Assembly: GCF_000142905.1 (NCBI RefSeq)
Contig: NW_013657672.1
Location: forward strand, 142,244 to 206,243
Origin: Thecamonas trahens ATCC 50062
Lineage: Eukaryota > Protista > Apusomonadida
Direction of reading: 5' to 3'
Length of the DNA: 64,000 nucleotides
The notes beneath the pieces are model-generated. The model ran no database searches. It was not told the DNA's origin and saw only the letters and a program-made list of their open reading frames with translations. Positions 36,701-46,666 of the stretch are shown one piece after another. How positions within the stretch are numbered: the stretch's first letter is position 1; the number at the start of each line of letters is the position of its first letter. A program made the position numbers and the translations under genes.

Positions 36701-37501
36701 CGCGCGCGCATTCCGTCTGCGCCGGTGGCAGTAGGGATTCAGGAGTCATCCACGGCGTCGGCCTGGGGATCTCCGTCTGCCAGTAGCCCGCCGGCGGCAA
36801 GCACACCTCCGGCGCTTGACCTACGAGCCTCACTGCGAGCTTCCGAGGCTGCGTCGATCGCGGCTGCTGTATCTCCGCCAAGAGGCTGGTCGGCGGCGTC
36901 GCCATCGTCACCACACATCGACATCCGTGCCTCGCTTGCCGCCGCCGACACCTCACAGGCATCAAGTCCCGTTCCTATCCGCGGCAGCCGTCGCAAGCCG
37001 AAATGGGGCGGCCTGGCGGCATCGCCGCCGACCACCTCACCGTCGCGCTCACTGGCCGAGATTCAGGCCGAGCAGGCGGCTGAAAAGGCGGGTGGCGGCG
37101 GGTTTGCCACCTCGGCGTGGGGCATGGTCAAGTCGTCGTCGCCGCTCTCGCTCGCGCAAATTCTAGAAGATGAGGAGATCCAGCGCGAGGTCGCGCTCGT
37201 CGATGCCGCTGTCGCTGCTGCCGAGGCTGCTGCCGCCGAAGCGTCCACCGCGACGCCATCAACGGGCGCGAGTCGCGGCAAGGGCAAGGGCAAGGGCAAG
37301 GGCAAGGGTAAGGGTAGGGCTCGTGTGCACAGCCAGAGCGAGGAGGCCAAGTCCCGTGGACGCGGGCGCGGTAAGGGACGCGGACAAGGGCGTGGGCAAA
37401 GTCGCGGGCGCGGGCGCGGGCGCGGGCGTGGGCGCGGGCGCGGAAATGATGCCAGAAGCAAGAGTCATTCTCGTCGTGGCAGCCGCAGTCGCGATGGCTG
37501 A
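33752..37501 (+). CDS. RCC1-repeat plus tandem BTB protein, IBTK-like
   Basis: RCC1 repeats (VWGRGSRGELG, GSNAQGQLG, FGANDYGQ); BTB segments (VLAARSVPFRAML, FVEYLWTG); C-terminal SLAEIQAEQ/SLAQILEDE motifs; GK and GR dipeptide tail. Confidence 0.8.
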   Translation: MCSAGGRGEGGGDDDLLTRYPSLWYAEVRTGRIATGEALVDEIAALDGDDAELAMTMALCSGSLELVEAALVHPARPMPLALAGAWSGDDGSASGGADWPVRVASAGYGPAFLHASGSDSTQWALRGVAALRHAGSIAQVAASSRMAAAVSDSGQLFVWGRGSRGELGLGKGVTSALTPTRALPAIGAVAKVALGAAHMLVLTEAGSVYAVGSNAQGQLGQPSDEVDVLLEPLPVTLPDGLAVADIAAGSAVSVILTTDGQVLAFGANDYGQIADRSAGVVASHVPTALMLGSHSAAVAVVTSAFHIALLDDGGTLVIFGLNDRRRRLSLSRGAREALFRAETSSAGAADDADDFTLASLPALTFIELAVAPFATAVITSSGSLAIFVHTGAFALLTAAAKKSKRRRQGASDDSATRHRAVTSSAQLTRNFAVGGSRHRTYVYPWPACFGAPLRSVGLSATGTVAVVSESGLLFEWSLLSDKQPPLYGVGKLPRLLNSRLDLTSPIRVARIRHASAVAVSDSAVLALHTPLAPVSIDSAEGEAQGALQADLASMAVDRPEFPDLNLDTADGVLPACSWLVALRAPALASKPRALATVPKATARQLLAFVYGAVLPESIEPEAMMALRTMATRLDLHSLRSTLISVYPNGITCNEDSPAIAAASRSEAGATLQRQLAAAWHRSPEGNTRLVLADGETLSVDASVLAARSVPFRAMLTLPMMEGLRREVDMSFHQPDTVRAFVEYLWTGRVKSLASHKLELGEVLDLYAIAHEYMAQPLLALCEAAAVWWLDLDNAIAVLNTIAPFVSPLDTAAPLGSYVLVDAALMVLVDSLEALAWSRKAFDALDQVYQARWEQAWRLTVARPQLSARRDALLKIHEEAEADRKAALAAAAAREAAAAAEAAAAAADARDWDEYVFVSWDESGPERDAELVVSNIHLELGELEREIAIVRTLDERARSGARISHSDLERTSNLRALRKRRKELRARIPSAPVAVGIQESSTASAWGSPSASSPPAASTPPALDLRASLRASEAASIAAAVSPPRGWSAASPSSPHIDIRASLAAADTSQASSPVPIRGSRRKPKWGGLAASPPTTSPSRSLAEIQAEQAAEKAGGGGFATSAWGMVKSSSPLSLAQILEDEEIQREVALVDAAVAAAEAAAAEASTATPSTGASRGKGKGKGKGKGKGRARVHSQSEEAKSRGRGRGKGRGQGRGQSRGRGRGRGRGRGRGNDARSKSHSRRGSRSRDG

Positions 37502-37688
37502 GAATAAACCACCTGCTGAGCTGCATGTCCAACTCGGCCTGTTGTGGAAGCAGTGATGCCACCTCCGATGCTGGATTGTCACTTCTCGACAGACTATTCA
37601 CGCGAAATAGTGGCGTGAGTAGCGGTAGAATCAAAGCAATACGTTGTACCACCTCGACTGTGTTGCAGTTTGCGATGTGGGGACAGGT

Positions 37689-38912
37689 TCAGCCAAAGTG
37701 GTTGCGGTTGAATGAGCCGATGTCGGCCAGGTCGAGGACGGCTTGGGTGGCACCGTCGAGTGCAGAGCTAGGGCCAACGAGGCTGGCAGCGTCTGCAGGG
37801 ACGAGGATCGGGTCGATGAGCTCGAAGCCGTCGGAGCCGTCCGAGTCAGCCTCGACGGTAGAGAAGGTAAAGTCAAAGGCAGAGAGAACGTCGTGATGAA
37901 TGAGTCGAGTAGCAGCAAGGTCCAACTGTAGGGGCGGTGTGCTGTCATCGATGTGCTGGACAAGAGCCCATGCTTCGAGACGGACGACTGAGTAATCGAG
38001 CGAGGCGGCGAGGGCCGGGGAGCGGAAGACGACCGTCGGGCACGACGTGCCTGACTCGAGAGCGTCGTCGAGTGAGAGGCCCGGAAAGTCTGTAGAGCCA
38101 CCCACAGCTAGCAGAGAGGAAGTGAGATGCTGGATGTTGCGGCGCGAGGGCGGGACGTTGGGCGATGTGGGGCAGATCTCGCCAAGAGGCCACAGGTTGA
38201 AGATAGCGGCAAAGCGTGAGCCGTAGAACTCGCCAGGCCGTGATGAGAGGACCCAGGGCGATGCTGTGAGGCATCCAAAGATCCAGCCACGATCATCTTC
38301 GATGATAATTAAAGTCGGGCTCTTGACCTCGCGGAGAGCAAGCCTGAGCGAGAGGAGCGAGTAGCCAAGCGAGTCGGGGCTGAAGATGGGAGCCCAGTCG
38401 AGGCCGTCCTCGCGCATGAGGACAGCCTCGTTTTCAGCCGAGGCAAAGAATGCTTGTGGAAGGATGGCGGCAAGCGAGACAGCATTGGCAGCCGAGAGCA
38501 GAGACGATGACTTGAACGCGATTGCAGCCGCATCGCTTGTTCCCACAGCAGCGCGGGCCGACCAGCGGGCCCAACGTCCTGCGAGCGAGATGAGCGGCAT
38601 TGTCGATGCGGTTGCCCGCTCTGCCAGAGCATCGACAGCAGCAGCGATGACCGATGGCTGCGGGAGAGTCGGACGAGCTGACTGCCACACGCTTGTGAGA
38701 TGTGGGAGCCAGAGGAGCGGATCATTAGCCCAGGTAGCTCGAGCAGCGACCGAGACGGAGGCGAGGGCAAGGAGATGCGACGGGGCGAGGGCAGCGCCGA
38801 TGGCCTGCAGGCATGGCAGCGGGAGGTCGAGGAGAGACGGTGCGTGTGCTGGAGAATTGCCGGATGTGGAAAGTGGGGAGAGGCTGGTGTAGGATGGGGG
38901 TGAGGCAGACAT
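37689..38912 (-). CDS. F-box plus TLDc domain protein
   Basis: F-box LLDLPLPCLQAIGAAL...LASVS...DPLLW; TLDc GYSLLSL...PTLIIIEDDRGWIFG...FYGS...LAVGG...LSLDDAL..GTS...LEAWAL. Confidence 0.8.
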   Translation of the reverse strand: MSASPPSYTSLSPLSTSGNSPAHAPSLLDLPLPCLQAIGAALAPSHLLALASVSVAARATWANDPLLWLPHLTSVWQSARPTLPQPSVIAAAVDALAERATASTMPLISLAGRWARWSARAAVGTSDAAAIAFKSSSLLSAANAVSLAAILPQAFFASAENEAVLMREDGLDWAPIFSPDSLGYSLLSLRLALREVKSPTLIIIEDDRGWIFGCLTASPWVLSSRPGEFYGSRFAAIFNLWPLGEICPTSPNVPPSRRNIQHLTSSLLAVGGSTDFPGLSLDDALESGTSCPTVVFRSPALAASLDYSVVRLEAWALVQHIDDSTPPLQLDLAATRLIHHDVLSAFDFTFSTVEADSDGSDGFELIDPILVPADAASLVGPSSALDGATQAVLDLADIGSFNRNHFG

Positions 38913-39007
38913 GGGGGATGGTGAAGGTGGGTGGGGTGCGAGGAGTGTGGGTGGGTGGCAATTTGGCACATGCGAGCGAGTAGGGAGGGGTGGGGGGGGG
39001 GGGGGGG

Positions 39008-39259
39008 NNNNNNNNNNNNNNNNNNNNNNNNNNNNNNNNNNNNNNNNNNNNNNNNNNNNNNNNNNNNNNNNNNNNNNNNNNNNNNNNNNNNNNNNNNNNN
39101 NNNNNNNNNNNNNNNNNNNNNNNNNNNNNNNNNNNNNNNNNNNNNNNNNNNNNNNNNNNNNNNNNNNNNNNNNNNNNNNNNNNNNNNNNNNNNNNNNNNN
39201 NNNNNNNNNNNNNNNNNNNNNNNNNNNNNNNNNNNNNNNNNNNNNNNNNNNNNNNNNNN
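39008..39259. other. Assembly gap
   Basis: Run of N flanked by poly-G. Confidence 1.
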
Positions 39260-39440
39260 GGGGGGGGGTGGGGGGGAGGTGGCGATATCCCCTCAACGTG
39301 TTTTGGGAACAAGAGAACGGGAGAAGGGGAAAAGGGGAGAGCGGGGGAGCAGACACGGATTATCGCGGGCGGCTAAATGCAGCACAAGAGTGGCGGCGGA
39401 TAGCGGCGGATGGCGGAAGGTGGCGGCGGGTGGCGGCGCT

Positions 39441-41650
39441 CTACTGGGCATCAGCATCGAGAGCCTTGAGAGCATCGGTGCGGGCAACGAGGATGTCGAT
39501 GGCCTCGGCGACGGCGTCCTTGGAGGCGAGCTTGACCTCCTGAGTCTCTGAGAGATCCTGACCCATGGCCTTGCGCTCGGCGAGGTCGTTGATCTGGCGG
39601 AGCTTCTTCTTAAGGTTGCGGGTCTTCTTGGTGAGCATGACCAGCGGCGAGTCGTCGGTGACGTTGAGGAGGAACGACTGGGCGGTGGGGACTTCGCCGG
39701 CGGCCAGAGCCTTTGTGCGGGAGGCATTGCCCGAGTTGGAGTGAGCGTTGCCCTTGTTGTTGCCCTTGGGCTTCTTGTTGGACTTTTTCTGCGGTGCAGC
39801 GCCCGGGGGCGGAGCACCCGGGATGTGGCGGGCCTGGCGGGCGCCGGGCACGTACTTCTTCTTCTCGACCTTTTCCTTCTTGGCGGCGGTGAGATCGCGG
39901 GGCGGCGACTTGTCGCGGCGGAGGCCGGGGACGGACGACTTGCCGCTCTTGCCGCGGAGGTGAGGCGGGACGTAGGCCTTCTTGGCGACGTTGCCGGACG
40001 AGGTAGCGCCCGAAGCCGCGGTGCGGAACGGCTTGTTGCGCTTGAGGGCCTCCTCGACAATCGGGGAGACCGGGCGCGGCGGGTGGTTCTCGATCGGGGC
40101 TGGGCACCACTCGATCTTGGAGAACTCGACGTTGTCGATGGTGTCCGAGTGAAGGAGCTTGCCGTAGTAGGACCAGATCTGGATGCCGTTGTCGACGCGC
40201 ATGCGCGGGAAGAGCGAAGCGGTCATGAAGAGGCGACCCGAGGGCGACCAGCCGTAGTAGACGGGGCAGTTGGCCTCGGCGGTGCCCATGAGCTTGAGCT
40301 TGGATGTGTCCCAAAAGTCCATCTCGCCGGTGAGGTTGCCAAAGCCTGCGATGCAGACAAACTGGCCCTGCGGCGAAAAGGCGACCGTGTTGCGTGACGA
40401 GGTGCCAAAGTCAAAGATGGCCTCGCACTTGCGCGAGTAGAGGATGGTCTTGGCTGGCATGCGGCCGTGAACGACGACAAACGACTGCGAGTCGGGCGCC
40501 CACGACGAGTCGTACATGGGGCCCTCCTTGACGAGTGGAACGGCGCAGTCAAACGAGCCGTTGGCGGCCATGTAGTACAGCGTCGTCTCGCCGTAGTACG
40601 ACTGGCCGGTGGTGTCGACCTCGGTGGAGACCGAGGCAAGGACAGCCGAGCCGTCCGGCGACCAGTCAAAGTCGACCTCGTCGACTCTGGTGAGAGCCTT
40701 GACGCACGTCGCCTCGCCCTTGCCGAAACGAGGGTACTCGTACATGCGGAGCGTCGACGGGCCGCCCTTACGGACAGGCTTGCAGCGGACGACCACGTGG
40801 TACGGCGCCGGGCCTGGCGCAACGCAGTACTCAAGCACACCTCCAGGCTCGAGCCGGGCGAGCGAGCCAGCATCCGAGCCGATGGCAGCGCCGTCGTGGA
40901 ACTCGAGCGCGCCCGAGCCGCGGACATACAGGGCCTCGTCCGAAGTCCACACCGGCGACCAGGTGTGATCACCACCGCGCGGGAAGGTCTTGCGGACCAT
41001 GCGATCGACTTCAGCGGCGTCATCGACGCGCCACACAGCGACATTGCCCTCCTCGAGCGTCTTTGACCAGCGAGTGTAGGTGACGATGTGGGTCGCACGA
41101 GGCGAGAACTTGACCTTGCGAACGCCAGGCACCGGAAGCGAGAGCAGCTCCGCACCTGTTTGAGTATCGTAGACCACAACAGCGGCAGCGGTAGTGACAG
41201 CCAACCGGCTGCCATCAGCAGAATGATAAAAGTCAGAAGCCTCCATCGTTGAGCCCAGAGCATTGTCCACCGCATCGAGGGACTTCTTGTCAGCCCACCG
41301 AGTCATAATCCCATCCCGTGTCTTCTCTGTCCGCCTCAACCCACCACACACATCATATGCATACAAACCTCACATAAGTCCCTCTATCTGTCCCTTCATA
41401 CTCCCTCTCTTCCTCTTCTTCTGCCCCCCCTCCCCCCCGCTCCCTGGCTCCCCGCCCCAGGTGTCGGATCGGCTCCTCCGCCGTCCATCCACGCTCAGCC
41501 GCTGCTCCCTCCCTCCCTCCCCCCCCCCCCCCTCCCCTCCCTCCCCCTCCCCCCCCCTCCCCCAACCTCTACAATGGGACGAGATGGTAGTGCTTGTGTG
41601 GGTGAGGACGTACGTGTAAACTGGTTCATAATCCCCGACGAAGCCGACAT
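39441..41650 (-). CDS. EIF2A: Translation initiation factor eIF2A; exon 1 at 41650-41614, intron ~41327-41613
   Basis: VDTTGQSYYGET, AGFGNLTGEMDFWD, PRMRVDNG, AYVPPHLR and RNLKKKLRQI. GTACGT donor and ACAG acceptor join in phase 1. Confidence 0.93.
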
Positions 41651-41785
41651 GTTGGTCGAGCGACGAGTCTGTCTGTATGAAGGTGTCGGGCGGTGGGGAG
41701 GGAGGTGGGGGCGGGGGGGGGCGGGGGGGGGGGTGAGCGGGTTTGGCGAGGGTGAAGGGATTAGCTTTGGTTTGGTGATGATGAT

Positions 41786-44700
41786 CTACAGAGTGGTGGC
41801 GAGGCTCGGATGCGGGATGCGATTGAGGCTGTGGTCGGCGGTGTGGTGATTGTTGTCAGCGTCGGATGAGGAGAAGGAGAACGAATCGAGAGCTTCGTCG
41901 TCGGATGATGACGAGGAGTCGGAAACATGGAGAGTACCGCCTGCGATGTAAAGAGACGTGGACGACTTGGTACGGGGGCGGAGTGCGGGCGAGACTGGCG
42001 TGGTGGGAGTGCCCGGGATAGAGTGGAGGTGGTCAGAAGGGCCGGCAGCAGCGGCTGCGGCACGGAGCTTGGCTTTGAGGGCAGTGTTCTGCAGCTTGAC
42101 AAAAGCGCAGAGCATGCGCTGGCGGCGAAGATGCTGCTCCGAGACATAGAACTCGTGGCGGAGAAGGGCGATCGCTTGATCCTGCGAGGCAACGGCGTCG
42201 ACACGGGCCATCTGCTCGCCGCGCACGCGATTGAGTTCAGAGCTCATGTCTTGCAGCTGACGGCAAAGCTCGTCACGCTCTTGCGACGCGCGATTCAGCT
42301 CTCCCAGCGCCCGTTCCAGGACCGAGGCGTTGGCTCTTGATGTGGTCATCGACGTCATGGACTCGGACTTGAGAAGTGTGCGGTCTTCTTCGGCGGACGC
42401 GAGTAGGAGACGTAGGCGCTCAAGCTCGGCGGAGCGGTCACTGAGTGCAGCACGGACAGACCTGAGCTCGGCGGCGGTGGCCGTAGACTCTTCTTCCGAC
42501 TTGTCCACTCTTTGCTTGAGTGATGTAGTCTCAGCACGGATGACCTTGAGATCAGTCATTGTAGTAGCCGCCTCGGCAGCCTTCTGCTCGAGCGATGCAG
42601 CAAGTGATTGGACGGCGGCAACCGGATCAGTGGTGTCGTCTACCACACTAGTAGCAGTCAGCGCGGCGCGAACAGCCTCGAGCTCGACCGTCTTGTCACT
42701 CGCTTTCTGCTCTGCCTCGGCCGCCTCGGCAGTCTTCTGCTCGAGCGATGCAGCAAGTGATTGGACGGCGGCAGCCGGATCAGTGGCGTCGTCTACCACA
42801 CTAGTAGCAGCCAGCGCGGCGCAAACAGCCTTGAGCTCAGCCGTCTTGTCACTCGCCTCCTGCTCAGCCTCGGCCGCCTCGACAGTCTTCTGCTCGAGCG
42901 ATGCAGCAAGTGATTGGACAGCGGCAGCCGGATCAGTGGTGTCATCATCTACTGCGCCAGCGGCAGTCAGCGCGGCGCGAACAGCCTCGAGCTCGACCGT
43001 CTTGTCACTCGCCTCCTGCTCAGCCTCGGCCGCCTCAACAGCCTTCTGCTCGAGCGATGCAGCAAGTGATTGGACAGCGGCAGCCGGATCAGTGGTGTCA
43101 TCATCTACACTAGTAGCAGCCAGCGCGGCGCGAACAGCCTCGAGCTCGACCGTCTTGTCACTCGCCTTCTGCTTAGCCTCGGCCGCCTTTTCCTCGAGCA
43201 TGGCCGCCTCGGCCGCCTTCTGCTCGAGCGATGCAGCAAGTGATTGGACGGCGGCAACTGGATCAGAAGTGTCATCTACCACACTAGTAGCAGCCAGCGC
43301 GGCGCGAACAGCCTCGAGCTCGACCGTCTTGTCACTCGCCTTCTGCTTAGCCTCGGCCGCCTTCTGCTCGAGCGATGCAGCAAGTGATTGGACGGCGGCA
43401 ACTGGATCAGAAGTGCCATCTACCACACTAGTAGCAGCCAGCGCGGCACGAACAGCCTCGAGCTCGACCGTCTTGTCACTCGCCTTCTGCTTAGCCTCGG
43501 CCGCCTTTTCCTCGAGCATGGCCGCCTCGGCCGCCTTCTGCTCGAGCGATGCAGCAAGTGATTGGACGGCGGCAACTGGATCAGTGGCGTCGTCTACCAC
43601 ACTAGTAGCAGTCAGCGCGGCGCGAACAGCCTCGAGCTCGACCGTCTTGTCACTCGCTTTCTGCTCTGCCTCGGCCGCCTCGGCAGTCTTCTGCTCGAGC
43701 GATGCAGCAAGTGATTGGACGGCGGCAGCCGGGATCAGTGGCGTCGTCTACCACACTAGTAGCAGCCAGCGCGGCGCAAACAGCCTCGAGCTCAGCCGTC
43801 TTGTCACTCGCCTTCTGCTCAGCCTCGGCCGCCTCGACAGTCTTCTGCTCGAGCGATGCAGCAAGTGATTGGACAGCGGCAGCCGGATCAGTGGTGTCAT
43901 CATCTACTGCGCCAGCGGCAGTCAGCGCGGCGCGAACAGCCTCGAGCTCGACCGTCTTGTCACTCGCCTCCTGCTCAGCCTCGGCCGCCTCAACAGCCTT
44001 CTGCTCGAGCGATGCAGCAAGTGATTGGACAGCGGCAGCCGGATCAGTGGTGTCATCATCTACTGCGCCAGCGGCAGTCAGCGCGGCGCGAACAGCCTCG
44101 AGCTCGACCGTCTTGTCACTCGCCTTCTGCTTAGCCTCGGCCGCCTTTTCCTCGAGCATGGCCGCCTCGGCCGCCTTCTGCTCGAGCGATGCAGCAAGTG
44201 ATTGGACGGCGGCAGCCGGATCAGTGGCGTCGTCTACCACACTAGTAGCAGCCAGCGCGGCGCAAACAGCCTTGAGCTCAGCCGTCTTGTCACTCGCCTT
44301 CTGCTCAGCCTCGGCCGCCTCGGCAGTCTTCTGCTCGAGCGATGCAGCAAGTGATTGGACGGCGTCGGCCGGATCAGAAGCGTCGTCTACCACCCTAGTA
44401 GCAGCCAGCGAGGCACGGACAGCCTCGAGTGTGGCCGCATCCAGTTCGGCTGAATCAAGGCGTACTTTCAGCGCAAGTACGTCTTCAACGATCCCTACTC
44501 CACCAAGTCCGTTGCCGTTAAGCACCTGCTTTGCTCTCCTTAGCTCCTCCGCGTGCTTACTGCACCTTTGCTCTGCCTGATCCCTTGCCTGATGTGCCTG
44601 TCCAGCTTTGGCCTGCAGCGCGTCGACAATGGCGAGAAACTCACCAGCGCTTCCGCACGTCACTGGCAAGCCACGGCTTTCAAGACCCACCAACATCGCG

Positions 44701-45281
44701 GTCTGCTCAACTGCGCGTGCCTCTTCCACGGCTGTCCGTTCGCCGACAGCAATGGCCACTCTGCGTTCGCCTCGGGCCCGCTCTCTTGCTATTGCCGCCT
44801 CGAGCTCCATCATCTGCTCTTCCCGTCGCTTGATCTTCTCTTGCAGCTCGGCCATTGCCGCAGCGTGCGCACCCTGCCTCCTCCGCTCAGCAGCCTCCAT
44901 CATCGCCACCTTTTCCCGCAGCGCCTCGGCCTCGGCCGCCACACCCAGGCCTGCCGCAGCATAGCTTCGCAGCAGCACCGCATGCGCTCTTTCTGACTCG
45001 AGCACCCGCAACTCAGTCGCTAGACCCACATCCTTCGCCCTCACCGCCTTTTCCTCCTGCGACGCCTGTGTCATCATCACCTGCGCCTTCTCCTGTGTCT
45101 GCTGCTGTGGTTGCTGCACCACCTGTCGCGGCGACGGCGTCGTCCTCCGCCAAGCGGCCATGGCCCGGTCGATGCCACCGTTCTTGCCACAGTCACCAGG
45201 ACCAGGACCGGGACCAAAGACGCCATCCACCTCTCCCCAGTGTAGACCCCTCTCTGCTGCTGCCTCCTCGCTGTCGTCCAT
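41786..45281 (-). CDS. Long coiled-coil protein with 12 tandem 48-59 aa repeats; one extra base at ~43731 splits it into two ORFs
   Basis: ORFs 43650-45281 and 41786-43600 carry the same repeat; gccgggatc at ~43728 versus gccggatc in other copies. Confidence 0.75.
42580..44430 (-). repeat. Intragenic tandem repeat, 12 copies of 144-177 bp
   Basis: The anchor gatgcagcaagtgattggac recurs 12 times between ~42594 and ~44341. Confidence 0.95.
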
Positions 45282-45331
45282 AGCCAGACGAGTGACTTGG
45301 ACCAGCCTTCTCTCTCTCTGTCGTGGTGGCC

Positions 45332-46659
45332 ATGGCTGTGTCGCCCTCTCTCTTCTGCCCCTTCACCCTCTGCCCTCGCCAACTCGCCCTCACCAAACAT
45401 CATCTCATCATCATCCTTCTCATCGCAATCATCGCAGTGGCTCACCTCACCCCCTTCTCTCATACAACACTCGCTGCTCCCTCGCCTCCTGCTGTTGCAC
45501 CTTATCCAGACGTTGCTGATGTCTATCGGCCCTCGTTTGCTACACACATGTCCGCTTCTCGCCTACGCGCGGCACTCGATGAGGCCCTTGCGCGATGGCC
45601 GGCAGAGTCGGTGACCCGGCCGGCCGAGGGCCACTCGCGGAAGGACGAGCAATTCCTGTCATTCGTCTCGGCCATGGTCCTGTCCATGCTCTCATCGTCG
45701 CCGGCGAGCATGCTCGAGAGCTCCTGCCGTCTCACGCGCTTGTCTCTTTCGTGGACGAGATCGGCCGGGCCCTTCAGGCGCCAGCGAGTCCATCAGACTC
45801 TGATTGCGTGGCAGGCATGAGCAGAGAGCTTGCGCACTGGATAAGAGATACATACACGCTGCATCTCCTACCGCTGCTCAACCCCGATGGCCGTGCAAGA
45901 GTCGAGGCCACCAGCAACTACTGCTGGCGCGGCAATGCCCGCGGCGTCGACCTCAACCGCAACTTTCCCTGGGCTTGGGGCGGCGAAGGCGCTTCGCACA
46001 ATCCGCGCTCCGAGGAGTACTGTGGCAAGACAGTACTCTCCGAGCCAGAGTCTGCCTTTCTGGCCGGTTACGCAAGCTCGCTCGTCAACCCCCTGCAGAT
46101 CTTTCTCTCGCTGCACGCGGGCGTCCACCACATCTATCTCCCCTTTGCCGACTCAATCTCGCGCGCATCGGGTGCTGCCCCCGATAATCACGCTGCTGCC
46201 CTCGCTGCCGCCGTCGCTGCCGCAGGCACTGTTGCCTGCGCGCATGGGGTCCACTTTGACGTCGGCCGCGCCGCAGACCTCTCCGAATACCCCGCCGACG
46301 GCACTATCTTTGACTTTATGGCAGGCGCTGCTAACGTCCCCTTCTCGTATGCCCTCGAGCTGTGGGGCGCGAGCAATCCCGCTGCTGCGGAGGGGAGTCT
46401 CGGCTGCAACCCGATCTTCAACCCGCAGGATTTTGAACTCGCTCCTGCGCTTGCCGTTGCGCATACTTTGATCTCCGAGCTGCTCGCGAATGCCGTTCCA
46501 CCTTCGGTGCCTCCCGCTCCGCACCCGCGCGCAGCGCCGGGCGCCGTACCGCGCGCCACGCTTGCCGCACTCGCATCCGCCGCTTCGCCCCGTGCCCTCA
46601 AAATCGCGGACCTGCTGCGAAGTACCTGCCATCTCGCAGCAAGCGAGACGTGCCCCTGA
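45332..46659 (+). CDS. Secreted or anchored M14 zinc carboxypeptidase; 1-nt frame break at ~45640
   Basis: Hydrophobic N-terminal segment in one frame; GEHARE, LNPDG, RGNARGVDLNRNF, SEPE, SLH and SYALEL in the next. GHS-x-EGRAIPV is restored by adding one base. Confidence 0.85.
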
Positions 46660-46666
46660 GCATGCG

